This document shows positions 10,956 to 21,607 of a stretch of DNA of 64,000 bases, piece after piece. How positions within the stretch are numbered: position 1 is the first letter of the stretch; each line of letters begins with the position of its first letter. This DNA is from Myxococcales bacterium. Lineage in GTDB: Bacteria > Myxococcota_A > Polyangia > Polyangiales > DASUME01. The stretch lies in assembly GCA_047601445.1 (NCBI GenBank), contig JASGJH010000001.1:3104001-3168000 (forward strand), read 5' to 3'. Under the pieces are notes generated by a model, which was not told the origin of the DNA, did not search any database, and saw only the letters and a program-made list of their open reading frames with translations. The position numbers and the translations under genes were made by a program.

Positions 10956-11858
10956 TTGCCGATCTTCGACGGCGTGGTGGAGCTGATCGGCAAGACTCCC
11001 CTCGTGCGATTGGCCAAGCTGTCGCCGCCGGGGGGCGCCGAGATCTGCGCCAAGCTCGAGAGCAAGAACCCCGGGGGCAGCGTCAAGGACCGACCGGCGC
11101 TGGCCATGCTGCTCGCCGCCGAACACAGCGGCGAGCTGAGGCCCGGGGCCACCCTGGTGGAGGCCACCAGCGGCAACACCGGGATTAGCCTGGCCATGTT
11201 GGCGGCGGCCCGCGGTTACCACTGCGTGCTCGTGATGCCCGAGGACGCCAGCATGGCGCGCAAGCTCCTGCTCAAGGCTTACGGCGCGGAGCTCGTGCTT
11301 ACGGACGCCCTCGCGGGCATGGCCGGGGCCGTGGCCAAGGCGGAGGCGATCGTGCGCTCCACGCCCGGGGCCTTCATGCCGAAGCAGTTCGAGAACCCCA
11401 GAAACCCGGAGTCCCATGCCCGCACCACCGCCGAGGAGATCCTGGCGGACACGGAGGGCAAGGTGGACGCGTTCGTGGCTGGTGTAGGCACGGGCGGCAC
11501 CCTGACGGGCGTGGCCAGCGTGCTGAAGAAGCGCCTCCAGGGAGTCAGGGTGATCGGGGTCGAGCCACGGGGCAGCGCGATACTGAGTGGGGGTGAACCG
11601 GGGCTGCACGGAATCCAGGGGCTGGGAGCAGGGTTCATCCCCAAGGTGCTGGACCGTAGCCTGATCGACCACGTCCTCGCGGTGACCGACGTGGCGGCAG
11701 ATCGCACGGCAAGACGCTTGGCCCACGAAGAGGGGCTACTTGTAGGTACGTCCGCAGGGGCCAACGTGTACGCGGCCGTCGAGGTCGCGAAGACGATGCG
11801 GGCGGATCAGCGTGTGGTGACGGTGCTGTGCGACACCGGGGAACGCTACCTCTGTTAG
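10956..11858 (+). CDS. cysK: Cysteine synthase A (O-acetylserine sulfhydrylase)
   Basis: NPGGSVKDR PLP lysine, EATSGNTG, GVGTGGT, HGIQGLGAGF. Confidence 0.95.
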   Translation: MPIFDGVVELIGKTPLVRLAKLSPPGGAEICAKLESKNPGGSVKDRPALAMLLAAEHSGELRPGATLVEATSGNTGISLAMLAAARGYHCVLVMPEDASMARKLLLKAYGAELVLTDALAGMAGAVAKAEAIVRSTPGAFMPKQFENPRNPESHARTTAEEILADTEGKVDAFVAGVGTGGTLTGVASVLKKRLQGVRVIGVEPRGSAILSGGEPGLHGIQGLGAGFIPKVLDRSLIDHVLAVTDVAADRTARRLAHEEGLLVGTSAGANVYAAVEVAKTMRADQRVVTVLCDTGERYLC

Positions 11859-11918
11859 AGACGTCGCACGGCGCTGCAAGCTAGCAATTCAGCGAACGCT
11901 CTCGGTATCTTAACGCCC

Positions 11919-12614
11919 ATGGATGAACTGGGGCGGCACGCCCGAGGGCGCGCATGGTGGCGTCATGCGCTCTGCGTATTTTGGACCTTGCTCACGTTGG
12001 CTCCCGCCACCGCCGGCGCCCAATGCATCGACGAAGCGATTCGGGATGAACTCAATGCGCGTCGCCAGTACCGCGGCGTGCAGGAGCGTCTGTTCCAGAA
12101 GGCACGGCGTCACGAGCTGAGCGTGCTCGGGGGGGCCTACGCGGCCGACCTGATGTCCTCGTCGTACGTCGTTGGGGGCGCCTACACGTTCCACTTCAGC
12201 GAGGATCTCGGGCTCGAGGCGTCCGTCGGATACACGCGTTCCAAGTCCGAGGTGGTGTCGATCATCGAAGACCACCTGGGCACCGACCTGGTGCGCGAAA
12301 AAGTCCCGGTTTGGCTCTATCAGGGGCACCTGATCTGGACCCTGGCTTACGGCAAGCTGCGTTGGTTCGGCAGTCGCATCAGCCGCTTCGACTTCGGCCT
12401 CGCCCTGGGCGGCGGCGTGACCGACAACCAGTCCGCGCGCAGCCTCACCTTCAGCGGCGGCCTCGGGCTGAAGTTCTTCCCGAACGAATGGTTCGCGGTG
12501 CGCATCGATCTGCGCGACCAGGTGCTGACCCAGGAGCTCCTGGGCGACGCACGCATCGTCAACAACCTGATGGCCACACTGGGGCTGTCGGTCTTCATCC
12601 CCTTTGGCTTCTGA
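11919..12614 (+). CDS. Myxobacterial outer-membrane beta-barrel, GltA/GltB/NfsA-like
   Basis: Signal peptide, VQERLFQKARRHEL and YGKL motifs, amphipathic strands, terminal Phe. Confidence 0.7.
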   Translation: MDELGRHARGRAWWRHALCVFWTLLTLAPATAGAQCIDEAIRDELNARRQYRGVQERLFQKARRHELSVLGGAYAADLMSSSYVVGGAYTFHFSEDLGLEASVGYTRSKSEVVSIIEDHLGTDLVREKVPVWLYQGHLIWTLAYGKLRWFGSRISRFDFGLALGGGVTDNQSARSLTFSGGLGLKFFPNEWFAVRIDLRDQVLTQELLGDARIVNNLMATLGLSVFIPFGF

Positions 12615-12626
12615 GGCGAGGACCCC

Positions 12627-13313
12627 ATGCTCACACGCAAACGCGCGTTGTTGGCCTTGAGCCTGTGCTGCTTCGGCGGCATGCCGGCCCGAGCCCAGAA
12701 TCCGGTCCCCCCCGCAACGGGAGCGGCCCCGAGCCCGACACCGGTCACCCCAAGTGCGGCCCCCGAGGCGGCCTCGGCGGCGCAAACTCCGGCCCCCGTG
12801 CCCACACCCCCCCAGAGCAGCCCCGCCAGCGGTCCGGACGTGAGCCAGCTCGAAGGGGAGTTAGCGAACGTACTCGATGAGCTGATTCAGGCCCGTACGC
12901 GTACATCCGTGCTGGTGAAGACGCTCTTCCGCACGCCCGTGGAAGTCTGGGTCGTGCGGCGCGCCGACGACCAGCGTTTGGCCCATATCACGCTGCGCCT
13001 GGACGGGGTGCCGGTGCATGACTCGGATGGCTCGGCCCTGTCTGGGGGGGAAGCGAAGCTGTTCTCGGGCTTCGCCGCGCCGGGGCTCCACGATCTCGCC
13101 ATCGAGATCAGCGAGGAATCGAAGGAGCGCTCCGACTATCGCTATCAGCGTAGCGAGCGTTTCCGGATCGAGGTCAAGAAGGGAACCAAGACCCAGATCG
13201 AGCTGGTGCTGCGAGACCGCTCGGACATGGCCGAGGAGCTGCCCGAGGGCGACAAGGGTGAGTACGACGTGCGCACCATCATGCGCGCCCACGCCGAGAA
13301 GGTGAAAGAGTGA
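12627..13313 (+). CDS. Exported hypothetical protein (Pro/Ala linker, coiled coil, beta-sandwich)
   Basis: Signal peptide, GAGG RBS, overlaps the next gene. Confidence 0.7.
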   Translation: MLTRKRALLALSLCCFGGMPARAQNPVPPATGAAPSPTPVTPSAAPEAASAAQTPAPVPTPPQSSPASGPDVSQLEGELANVLDELIQARTRTSVLVKTLFRTPVEVWVVRRADDQRLAHITLRLDGVPVHDSDGSALSGGEAKLFSGFAAPGLHDLAIEISEESKERSDYRYQRSERFRIEVKKGTKTQIELVLRDRSDMAEELPEGDKGEYDVRTIMRAHAEKVKE

Positions 13314-15310
13314 TGCTCCGCATGGCGAAAGCCCTGGGAGTCGTGCTGTGCACTGCCCTGGCGGCAGAGGCGCAGGCGGAACCCGCGGCGCCCGCAGCGG
13401 CCGCCCCGAGCGCTGCGAACGAGAGCGTGCTCGACGGGTATCTGCGCCTCTTGGACCAGAAGAAGCTGGCGGGCCCCGAGGCCCAGAGCAGCGAGGAGCT
13501 CATCGAGACCGTACAGGCGGCCCAGGAAGCCCTGCTATACGGACGTCGCGATGAGGCCATGTCGATGTTGCTGGAGGCGGTGGAAGGACCACGCTTTCGA
13601 GCCTTCGAGTCGCTCGACGAGTATCACTCCGCGGAGCTCTTGCTGAGCGCGGGTCTACTCGAGGAGCACGCGCTCAAGAGCGCGCAGCGCGTGGTGGACC
13701 GCCTGCTCTCGCGCGGCACCGAGACGGCAGCCTTCGGGCCTGCTTATCGACGCGCGGTGGACATCGCGCTGGCGCGGGGAGATCTCGACGCTTCGGCGGC
13801 GCACCTCGGCAAGCTGGTGACGGGCGCCCTGCCCGAGGACGCCGCGAACGAGCTGCGCTACCTGAGGGGACGCGCAGCCTACGACCGCGGCGCCTTCCCG
13901 CAGGCCAAGCAAGAGCTCGTCGCCGTCACCCAGAAGAGTCGGTTCTACCCGAGCGCGCAATATCTGCTCGGTGCCATCGCGGCCAAGGGCAAGGACTACA
14001 AGGAAGCGGAGGCTCGCTTCTGCAGCGTGGCCACCGCGGGCAAGAACGACGCCTTCTCGTTCTACGTGGACGGCCGCTTCTTCCCCGTGCGCGACATGGC
14101 GCACCTGGCGCTCGGACGCGTGGCCCACGAGACCGCGCGCGCCAACGACGCCTTCTACTACTACTTCCAGGTTCCCAACGACTCCGAGCGCGTGCCCGAG
14201 GCCTTGTTCGAGGCCTCCTGGGCCAGCTACGAAGGGGGCGATCACGACGCGGCCCTCGATGGACTGGACCAGCTCAAGGCGCGTTACCCCAACTCGGCTT
14301 ACTCGGCAGAGGCGGCGGTGCTACGCGGCTACGTGCACCTGGCGCGCTGCGAGTTCGGCGCCGCGGAGCGGCAGCTCGTGGCCTTCGAGGCGCAGTTCGG
14401 TGCGGTGTTGCGCGAGATCGACCTCACGCTCGAGAGCGAGGCACGCCGCAAGACCGTGTATCGCGATTTGATCGCGCGCGCCGACAGCGTGCAGCGGCGG
14501 CGCGCGGAGGGCAGCGATGCAGCGCCCGATCCAGACAGCATCTTGCTTGCACTGGTGTCGGCCGATCCCGAGTTCTACCGTCTGCACTCGGAGCTGCGCG
14601 CCCTCGACGCGGAGCTCGCGCGCAGCGGCAACGTGCCCACCGAGCTCGGCGCCCTGGCCCAGCGCGTGGTCAGCAAGGAGACGCCAGCGCCGCGACTCGA
14701 CGAGCAATCGCCCTCCGAGCGCGTGGCGAGCCTGACGCGGGCGCTGACGGAGGCGCGTGGCGCCGTGGATGCCCTCGAGCTCGACCTGCGTGGACTCGAG
14801 CGCGCGGGTGCCGACAAGACCGAGCTCAACGCGCTGCGCGGGATCCGCCGCAAGCTCGACTCACGCCTGAGCAAGCTCGACGAGAGTCTGCGCGACGCGT
14901 TACGCGCCGACAGCGTGGCGCGCAGCCTGCCGATGGCCGACGAGCTGAGCGCACGCTTCGAGGAGGATCGCCGCTACGTGGAGAAGCTGCAGCTTTCGGC
15001 GCAGGCGCTGCGCGCGGACCTCGAGGCCCATGCGGACCAGGCGGGCGAGCGCGCCCTGCGTGATCTGCGCGGGCGCCTGGCTTCGGAACTGCGCCGCGCG
15101 CGCATCGGCCGCATCGACGCGGTGATGGGCAGCAAGCGCCAGGTGGAGCTGCAGATCGAGAGCCTGGCGGCAGGACGCTTCCCGGCCGAACTGGTGGATC
15201 CGCTGCGCATGCAGAGCCTCCTGCGCGACGACGAGGAGTACTGGCCCTTCGAAGGCGAAGACTGGCCGGACGAATTCGAAGAGCGCTACTCCAAGGAGGA
15301 GGAGCCATGA
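13310..15310 (+). CDS. Exported TPR protein, GltC/NfsC-like
   Basis: Signal peptide, TPRs (EALFEASWA), C-terminal EYWPFEGEDWPDE motif. Confidence 0.7.
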   Translation: MMLRMAKALGVVLCTALAAEAQAEPAAPAAAAPSAANESVLDGYLRLLDQKKLAGPEAQSSEELIETVQAAQEALLYGRRDEAMSMLLEAVEGPRFRAFESLDEYHSAELLLSAGLLEEHALKSAQRVVDRLLSRGTETAAFGPAYRRAVDIALARGDLDASAAHLGKLVTGALPEDAANELRYLRGRAAYDRGAFPQAKQELVAVTQKSRFYPSAQYLLGAIAAKGKDYKEAEARFCSVATAGKNDAFSFYVDGRFFPVRDMAHLALGRVAHETARANDAFYYYFQVPNDSERVPEALFEASWASYEGGDHDAALDGLDQLKARYPNSAYSAEAAVLRGYVHLARCEFGAAERQLVAFEAQFGAVLREIDLTLESEARRKTVYRDLIARADSVQRRRAEGSDAAPDPDSILLALVSADPEFYRLHSELRALDAELARSGNVPTELGALAQRVVSKETPAPRLDEQSPSERVASLTRALTEARGAVDALELDLRGLERAGADKTELNALRGIRRKLDSRLSKLDESLRDALRADSVARSLPMADELSARFEEDRRYVEKLQLSAQALRADLEAHADQAGERALRDLRGRLASELRRARIGRIDAVMGSKRQVELQIESLAAGRFPAELVDPLRMQSLLRDDEEYWPFEGEDWPDEFEERYSKEEEP

Positions 15311-18300
15311 AGCGCATCCAGCGTCTCCTCCTGTGCATCGCCCTGGCGTGCCCGCTGGCCATGCCTGCTCCGAGCTCGGCCGCACCCAACGCCGAGAAGG
15401 CCAAGTCGAGCTTCGGCGCGCCGGCTCAAGAGCGCCGCATCTCGAGCGGCGTGGACCTCGACGACCTCAAGCGCGTCGACGACGCCTCGCGCAAGGCCGC
15501 TGCGCAGCCGTCCAACGAGCTCGAAGCGCGCCACTACTTCCGCGACCGCCCCGATTCGATCGGCAGCTACGCCAAGGCCAAGGAGCAGAAGCTGCTCGAG
15601 GAGCTCCTGGCCGACCGCGAGAACAAGGTTCGCGAGCGACGCAAGGAAGCGCTCGCGCTGCTGGAGCGCTTCGTGGCCCAGGAGCCGGAAGAGGCCGTCG
15701 AGATGGCGGACGCTCTACTGCGCCTGTCCGAGCTCACCTGGGAGGTCGCGCGGATCGACTATCTCGACGCCTATGCCATCTGGCAGCGCACCCCCGAGAA
15801 GATCCGCAAGGACGAGCCACCGCTCCCCAACTACACGCGCACCATCGCGCTGTACGACCGGTTGCTGAACAAGCATCCCACCTTCGAGCGCCTCGACTTG
15901 GTGCTCTACATGAAGGCTTTCACGCTGGTGGAGCGTGGAGAAAACGACGCCGCCCTGCCGCTCTTCCACCGCATCCTCAAGGACTACCCGCAGAGCAGCT
16001 TCGCGCCCGACGCCCACATGGCGCTCGCCGAGCACGTGTTCAACACCGACTACAACTTCCGCGCCGCGCTCGTGGAGTACGACCAGGTGCTGAAGTACGA
16101 CGAGAGCGAGCTTTACGATCTGGCGCTGTTCAAGAGCGCCTGGTGTCTGTGGCAAATCGGCCAGAAGACCGAGGCGGCCGTGCGCTTCCGCAAGGTGCTC
16201 GACCTCGACGGCGAGCGCGCCGCCCACACGCGCAGGAAGCGCATCAAGGAGCTCCAGAGCGAAGCCCTCGAATACCTGATCCAGGTGTTCACCGAAGACG
16301 AGCGCAACCGCGCGGCCGACGTGCGGCGCTTCCTGCAGGAGATTGGCGGCGAGCAGCACGTGGAGCGCGTGTTGATTCGCCTCAGCGCCACCTACTACGA
16401 CCAGGCACGCTTCGACCAGGGCATCGAGGCCTACGGCCTGCTCCTGCAGATCGATCCGGCCTCCAAGCACGCCCCCGAGTACCAGCTGGCCATCGCCCGC
16501 GGCTATCTCGCCCTCGACCAGTTCCCCAAGGCGCGCGACGCCTACGCCACGCTGGCCGAGACCTACGGCCCGACCTCCACCTGGGCCACGCAGCAACCCG
16601 ATCAGGAGACGGTCGGCGATGCCCGCGCGATGATCGAGAAGGCGCTGCGCGAGCAGGGGCTCTCACTGCACGAGCTCGGACAACGGGACAGCCGCAAGGA
16701 GTACTTCGAGCAGGCCGCGGACATCTACGGCATCTACCTCAAGCACTTCGACGACTCCCCGGAGAGCTACCGACTCACCTTCTACCTCGGTGAGATTCTG
16801 TTCCATCGCCTGGAGCGCCACGCGGAAGCCGGCGATGTGTACATGGCGGCGGCGCGCAAGAACCCCAAGGGCGAGTTCACCAAGGACGCCCTCTACAACG
16901 CCATCGGGGCCTTCGAGCGCGTGCGCGAAAAGGAGATTTCGCGCTGCACGGCAGCCCCCAACACGCCTTGCGCCGAGACCGAGAACGACAAGAAGTTCTC
17001 CTCGGCCATCGAGCTCTACGCGAGCTACTACCCGAACGATCCGGACTTGCCGGAAATCCTGTTCCGACAGGGCAAGTTCTACTACGAGCGCCACATCTAC
17101 GACCCAGCCGTGCGTCTGTTCGGTCAGCTGCTCGATCGCTACCCGAACAGCTCCTATGCGGGCGACGCGGGCGAGCTGGTACTCGACAGCTTCAACCGTG
17201 CGGCCGACTACCAGAACATCGAGCTCTGGGCGCGCAAGCTCAAGACGGCGCCAGCCTTCAAGAGTGCGGAGTCGCAGAAGCGGCTCAATGGCTTGATCCT
17301 CGGCGCGGTGTTCAAGATCGGCGAGCAGCTGGCGAGTCAGAACGAGCACGAGGCGGCGGCCGACGCCTACGTGCGCGCGGCCCAGGAATTCCCGAGCGAT
17401 CCGCGCGCGCCCAAGGCGTACTACAACGCGGGACTCGAGCTCTCGCGCGCAGGTCAGCTCGCCAAGGCGGACGCCACCTACAGCACGCTGGTGGAGAAGT
17501 ACCCCGGCACCGAGGAAGGCGCGCTCGGCGCCTGGAACGGCGCACAGATGTACGAGTCGATCGCGCAGTTCCGCGACGCGGCGCGCTTCTACGAGGCCTA
17601 TAGCGAGCGCTTTCCCAAGGGGCCCAAGGCCTCCGACGCCGGCTACAACGCGGTGCTCTTGCGCCTCTCGGCCCACGACTACAAGGCAGCGGTCGTCGAC
17701 GGCAAGCGCTTCACCGATCGCTTCCCCAAGGACGATGCGGTCGACGACGTGTACTTCCTGATCGGACGTGCACACGAAGGCGAGAAGGCTCACGCCGAGG
17801 CCGAGGGTACCTACCGTGAGTACCTGCGGCGCACCAAGAACCCAGACCGCCGCGTGGAGGCCTACGCGCGCCTCGGCCAGGTATTGACCTCCGCGGGAAA
17901 CCGCAAGGGCGCGGACGCGGCGTTCTCCGATGCGGTCGCCGAGGGGCGCCGCAACAGGAAGCAGCTCAAGGGTGGACGCTACTACGCCGCCCAGGCTCGC
18001 TACCTGCAAGGCGACGAGGCGCTGCGCGAATTCGACGACGTGAAGATCGAAGGCGACCTCAAGGGCCTCGGTGCGCGCCTCAAGCTCAAGGCCAAGTTGC
18101 TCGGCAAGGCCGCGGGCATCTACTCCGAAGTGGTCGAGTTCGAAGTGGCCGAGTGGGTCACGGGCGCACTCTACAAGATCGGCCGTAGCTACGAGCTGTT
18201 CGCGAAGGCCCTGGCGGACGCGCCGTTGCCCGAGGGCCTCAACGAAGAAGAGCAGCAGGTCTACCGCGACGAGCTGGCGATGTTCATCGTGCCGATGGAA

Positions 18301-18639
18301 GAGCGCGCGCTCGAGGCCTACGAAGGTGGCTACAAGAAGGCGCGCGACCTCGGCATCTACAATCAATGGACCGTGCTCATGCGCGAGGGCCTCACCCGCA
18401 TGAACGACGTCGAGTATCCGCCCATCCGCGAGATCGGCGGAGACATCGTGCGCGAGCGTGCGCTGGCTCAAGGACCGGTGATCGAAGGCTTGAGGGCGCG
18501 CGAGACCGCGGCCGCGACGCCCGCGGTGAAGGTGCGCGAGGACAAGCCCGCGCCCAGCGCTCCTGCCCCTACTCCCTCCGACGACAAGCCCAAGAAGCGC
18601 GCCGGCAAGCCCGGTAAGGCCAAGGAGGTCAAGCCATGA
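15307..18639 (+). CDS. Large exported TPR protein, GltD(AgmU)/NfsD-like
   Basis: 1110 aa, signal peptide, TPR arrays, C-terminal PLPEGLNEEEQQVYRDEL...PMEERALEAY segment. Confidence 0.75.
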   Translation: MKRIQRLLLCIALACPLAMPAPSSAAPNAEKAKSSFGAPAQERRISSGVDLDDLKRVDDASRKAAAQPSNELEARHYFRDRPDSIGSYAKAKEQKLLEELLADRENKVRERRKEALALLERFVAQEPEEAVEMADALLRLSELTWEVARIDYLDAYAIWQRTPEKIRKDEPPLPNYTRTIALYDRLLNKHPTFERLDLVLYMKAFTLVERGENDAALPLFHRILKDYPQSSFAPDAHMALAEHVFNTDYNFRAALVEYDQVLKYDESELYDLALFKSAWCLWQIGQKTEAAVRFRKVLDLDGERAAHTRRKRIKELQSEALEYLIQVFTEDERNRAADVRRFLQEIGGEQHVERVLIRLSATYYDQARFDQGIEAYGLLLQIDPASKHAPEYQLAIARGYLALDQFPKARDAYATLAETYGPTSTWATQQPDQETVGDARAMIEKALREQGLSLHELGQRDSRKEYFEQAADIYGIYLKHFDDSPESYRLTFYLGEILFHRLERHAEAGDVYMAAARKNPKGEFTKDALYNAIGAFERVREKEISRCTAAPNTPCAETENDKKFSSAIELYASYYPNDPDLPEILFRQGKFYYERHIYDPAVRLFGQLLDRYPNSSYAGDAGELVLDSFNRAADYQNIELWARKLKTAPAFKSAESQKRLNGLILGAVFKIGEQLASQNEHEAAADAYVRAAQEFPSDPRAPKAYYNAGLELSRAGQLAKADATYSTLVEKYPGTEEGALGAWNGAQMYESIAQFRDAARFYEAYSERFPKGPKASDAGYNAVLLRLSAHDYKAAVVDGKRFTDRFPKDDAVDDVYFLIGRAHEGEKAHAEAEGTYREYLRRTKNPDRRVEAYARLGQVLTSAGNRKGADAAFSDAVAEGRRNRKQLKGGRYYAAQARYLQGDEALREFDDVKIEGDLKGLGARLKLKAKLLGKAAGIYSEVVEFEVAEWVTGALYKIGRSYELFAKALADAPLPEGLNEEEQQVYRDELAMFIVPMEERALEAYEGGYKKARDLGIYNQWTVLMREGLTRMNDVEYPPIREIGGDIVRERALAQGPVIEGLRARETAAATPAVKVREDKPAPSAPAPTPSDDKPKKRAGKPGKAKEVKP

Positions 18640-19763
18640 TCAGCACTCGACATGGTTTCCTGCACGGCCTCGCGCTCACGGGCGCGCTGTGCTTGAGCGC
18701 CTGTGGCAAGACGAAGGTGGAGGAGACCACCCCGGACAAGCTCGCGCCACCCAATGCGCAGGCCGTGAAGCTCTTCGTGTCCGGTGCCGAACAGCTCAAA
18801 GCCGGCACGCCCAAAGCCCTGGTGCGCGCGCGCGAGCAGCTCGAGCAGGCCGTGGCGCAGGCGCCCAACCTGTGGGAGGCCCACTACGACCTGGGCCTGG
18901 TGCTGCGTAAGCAAGGTCAGCTCGAACCCGCCCGCAGCAGCTTGATGCGCGCGCGGGAGCTCGCGCCCGAGGCACCCGAGCCGATCCTGGCGCTCGCTGA
19001 ATGCGAGCTCGCGCGTGGTGACCTCGGCGCTGCGGCCAGCTTGCTGGAGGCCCTGCTGGAGCGCGATCAGAGCCAGCTCGAGGCGCGTCTCTCGCTGTCG
19101 GCGCTCTACCGCGAGCGCGGCGATCTCGATCGCGCGCTCAAGCACGCGCGCGAGGTGCTGGTGCGCAACCCCAGCGAGACCCGCGCACTCGTGGAAGTGG
19201 GCCGCGTGTACCGCGCCCAAAAGGAGCTCGACGTGGCGGAGCTCGTGCTCGAGAAGGCCCGCGTCATCGACGACAAGAACGCCGCCATCTACAACGAGCT
19301 CGGCCTCTTGGCGCTCGACCGCGGCGACACCCAGCTCGCTTTTACCCAGTTCGCCCAGGCCAGCCAGCGCGACGAGCGCTTCGCCCCTGCCCACATGAAC
19401 CAGGGCTCGGTGCTGCTCAAGGCCGGTGACTTCGAGGCCGCGGAACGCGCCTACAAGGCCGCGCTCGGCGCGGACGCCCACGCGGTGGACGCCGAGATCG
19501 GGCTCGCCATCGCGCTGCGCGGTCAGGGCAAACACAAGGAAGCCAAGACCCACTACGAGCGCGTGCTGGAGACCGAGCCCGCGCACCTGGCGGCGCTCTA
19601 CGACCTGGCGGTGCTCAAGGCGGACTTCCTCGATCAACGCCAGGACGCGCTTCCACTGTTCGAAAAATACTTGGCCCTGGCTCCGAGCAGTGATGCTCAG
19701 CGCCCCAACGTGCAGCGCTACTTGGAGGACATCCGGATGGCCAGCGGGAGCACCCCCCAATGA
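18636..19763 (+). CDS. TPR lipoprotein, GltE(AglT)/NfsE-like
   Basis: LSAC lipobox, TPRs, position after the GltD-like gene. Confidence 0.72.
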   Translation: MISTRHGFLHGLALTGALCLSACGKTKVEETTPDKLAPPNAQAVKLFVSGAEQLKAGTPKALVRAREQLEQAVAQAPNLWEAHYDLGLVLRKQGQLEPARSSLMRARELAPEAPEPILALAECELARGDLGAAASLLEALLERDQSQLEARLSLSALYRERGDLDRALKHAREVLVRNPSETRALVEVGRVYRAQKELDVAELVLEKARVIDDKNAAIYNELGLLALDRGDTQLAFTQFAQASQRDERFAPAHMNQGSVLLKAGDFEAAERAYKAALGADAHAVDAEIGLAIALRGQGKHKEAKTHYERVLETEPAHLAALYDLAVLKADFLDQRQDALPLFEKYLALAPSSDAQRPNVQRYLEDIRMASGSTPQ

Positions 19764-20245
19764 AACGCCTCTTGCCTGCCCTCCTCTGGATGCTCGTCGG
19801 CAGCTTCACGCTGACGAGCGCGCTCTCGGATACGGCGCACGCCGAGCCGCCCGCGCAATCCAAGAAGAAGTCGAAGAAGAAAAAGAAGGGCAAGAAGGCC
19901 GAGGCCGAGGCCAACAGCACGCCCGCAGCGCCCGCCCCCGCCCGCGAGAGCGAGCCCAAGGGACCTGCGCGTGAGGGGGCCGAGGGCAAGAAGAGCGCAC
20001 AGGAGCTGGCCCGTGCGGCCGCCCAGGAATCCAGCACCGGAGCGGACGCGCAGATCGTCAAAGAGGGTGACACCAACGTGAAGGTCATGAGCTTCACCGG
20101 ACTCGATATCGAGGGCCGCTTGAAGTCGCCCCAGCTGCTCTACTTCGTGAACCGAGTCCACGCGGAGTTCGAGCGCCCCAAGCTCCCGCACCGCTCCTTC
20201 ATGCCCGAGCTCGAACGTTCTACCCAGCGAGATCCCCTCCGATGA
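19760..20245 (+). CDS. Small exported protein, GltF(CglF)/NfsF-like
   Basis: Signal peptide, FTGLDIEGRLKSP...RSFMPEL C-terminal motif. Confidence 0.7.
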   Translation: MKRLLPALLWMLVGSFTLTSALSDTAHAEPPAQSKKKSKKKKKGKKAEAEANSTPAAPAPARESEPKGPAREGAEGKKSAQELARAAAQESSTGADAQIVKEGDTNVKVMSFTGLDIEGRLKSPQLLYFVNRVHAEFERPKLPHRSFMPELERSTQRDPLR

Positions 20246-21606
20246 GCATCATTTCACGCCGCAAGCGGGAGCTGCGCCTGGCCATGGTCTGGAACCAGGC
20301 CGTGATGGGCGAAGAGCTGTTGAAGGAACCCCGGGCCGTGCTGCTCGGATATGGCCCGGAGGCGCTGTTTCCTCTGCCCGAAGCCCAGGCCGCACGCGGC
20401 GATCTCACCTTGCTGACACCGCTCGCCGAGGGCTACAGCCTCACGCTGCCCCCGGACGCGCGCGGCGCTGTTTGGCTCTCGGGCACGCGACGCGAAGTGC
20501 GCGACCTGCTGGTCTCGAGCCCCACGGTCACCTTGGGCCCCGACGACTTCGGCGTGATCAGCCTGGGCGCGGCGAGCTACTTCTTCCAGCAAGTCGAGCA
20601 CGCACCGGAGCCAGTGCGCCCCTGGTTCGTGATGAACGGCGACCTCGCGGCCAGCTTCGGCCTGTCGGTGTTCGTGCACGTCTGCGGGCTCCTCTTGATG
20701 CTGTTGGCCCAGCGCGAGCTCCCCCAGGAGAAGAGCCTGGAACTGCCGGCGGAGCTCATCAGCCGCTTCCTGGTCAATCCTCCGCCCGAGGATCTGCTCA
20801 AGCCACCTGCCAAGGACGCCGGTGACAAGATGGACAACGGCGGCCTGCGTCAGAAGGACGAAGGCGGCGGTAAGAAGGACAAGGGCGACGAAGGCAAGGT
20901 CGGCAAGAAGGAAGCGAAGCAGCAGGAGACCGAGATCGCCGGCGAAAACCGGGGCGCCATCGCGGCCAAGGTGCGCGGCATGGGACTGCTCGGTGCGCTC
21001 GCGGGCGGCGACACGCTCAAGGACGCCCTGAACGTCGCGAGCGTGGGCAACCTGTTGAGTGGCCTGAACTCGGCCCGCACCGAGCTCGGCGCGGGCTCCG
21101 GTGGACGTGGCCTGCGCGGCATCGGCGCGGGCGGCGGTGGTGACAGCGCGGGCACCTTGTTCGGCGGCGGAGGCATCGGCACCGGACTCGGAAGCGGCTC
21201 GGGCAGCGGCGGTGGACGCGGTACGGGCGGCGCAGGCGGCCGCGGCAACGGTGCAGGAGCCGGCCGTGGCGAGGCCAAGGTGGCGCTCACGCCGGGTACG
21301 CCCCAGGTCAGCGGCTATTTGTCGGCCGAGCAGATCAACCGCGTGGTGCGCGCCAACCAGGCCGCCCTCCGCTACTGCTACGAGAGCGAAGTCCAGCGCC
21401 AACGCGCGCTCAAGGGCAAGGTGATCATCCAGTGGCGCGTGGACCGCGAAGGCGCGGTGCCGAGCGCGCGCGTCGCCTCGACCACCCTCAACAACTCCGG
21501 CGTCGAGGGCTGCATCGTACGCCAGGTGAAGAAGTGGCGTTTCCCCAAGCCGGACGGCGGCGAGGTGAGCGTCATGTACCCGTTCATCTTCGGAGTGGGA
21601 GGCTGA
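20242..21606 (+). CDS. Inner-membrane protein with AgmX/PglI (TonB-C-like) C-terminal domain, GltG/NfsG-like
   Basis: TM helix with SxxxH (SVFVH), Gly-rich linker, RYCYE...WRFPKPDGGEVSVMYPFIF. Confidence 0.8.
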   Translation: MSIISRRKRELRLAMVWNQAVMGEELLKEPRAVLLGYGPEALFPLPEAQAARGDLTLLTPLAEGYSLTLPPDARGAVWLSGTRREVRDLLVSSPTVTLGPDDFGVISLGAASYFFQQVEHAPEPVRPWFVMNGDLAASFGLSVFVHVCGLLLMLLAQRELPQEKSLELPAELISRFLVNPPPEDLLKPPAKDAGDKMDNGGLRQKDEGGGKKDKGDEGKVGKKEAKQQETEIAGENRGAIAAKVRGMGLLGALAGGDTLKDALNVASVGNLLSGLNSARTELGAGSGGRGLRGIGAGGGGDSAGTLFGGGGIGTGLGSGSGSGGGRGTGGAGGRGNGAGAGRGEAKVALTPGTPQVSGYLSAEQINRVVRANQAALRYCYESEVQRQRALKGKVIIQWRVDREGAVPSARVASTTLNNSGVEGCIVRQVKKWRFPKPDGGEVSVMYPFIFGVGG

Positions 21607-21607
21607 C

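Noticed and set aside
21080..21270. GGC-rich repeat-like DNA
   Set aside because: It encodes the Gly-rich linker typical of GltG/AgmX-type proteins.
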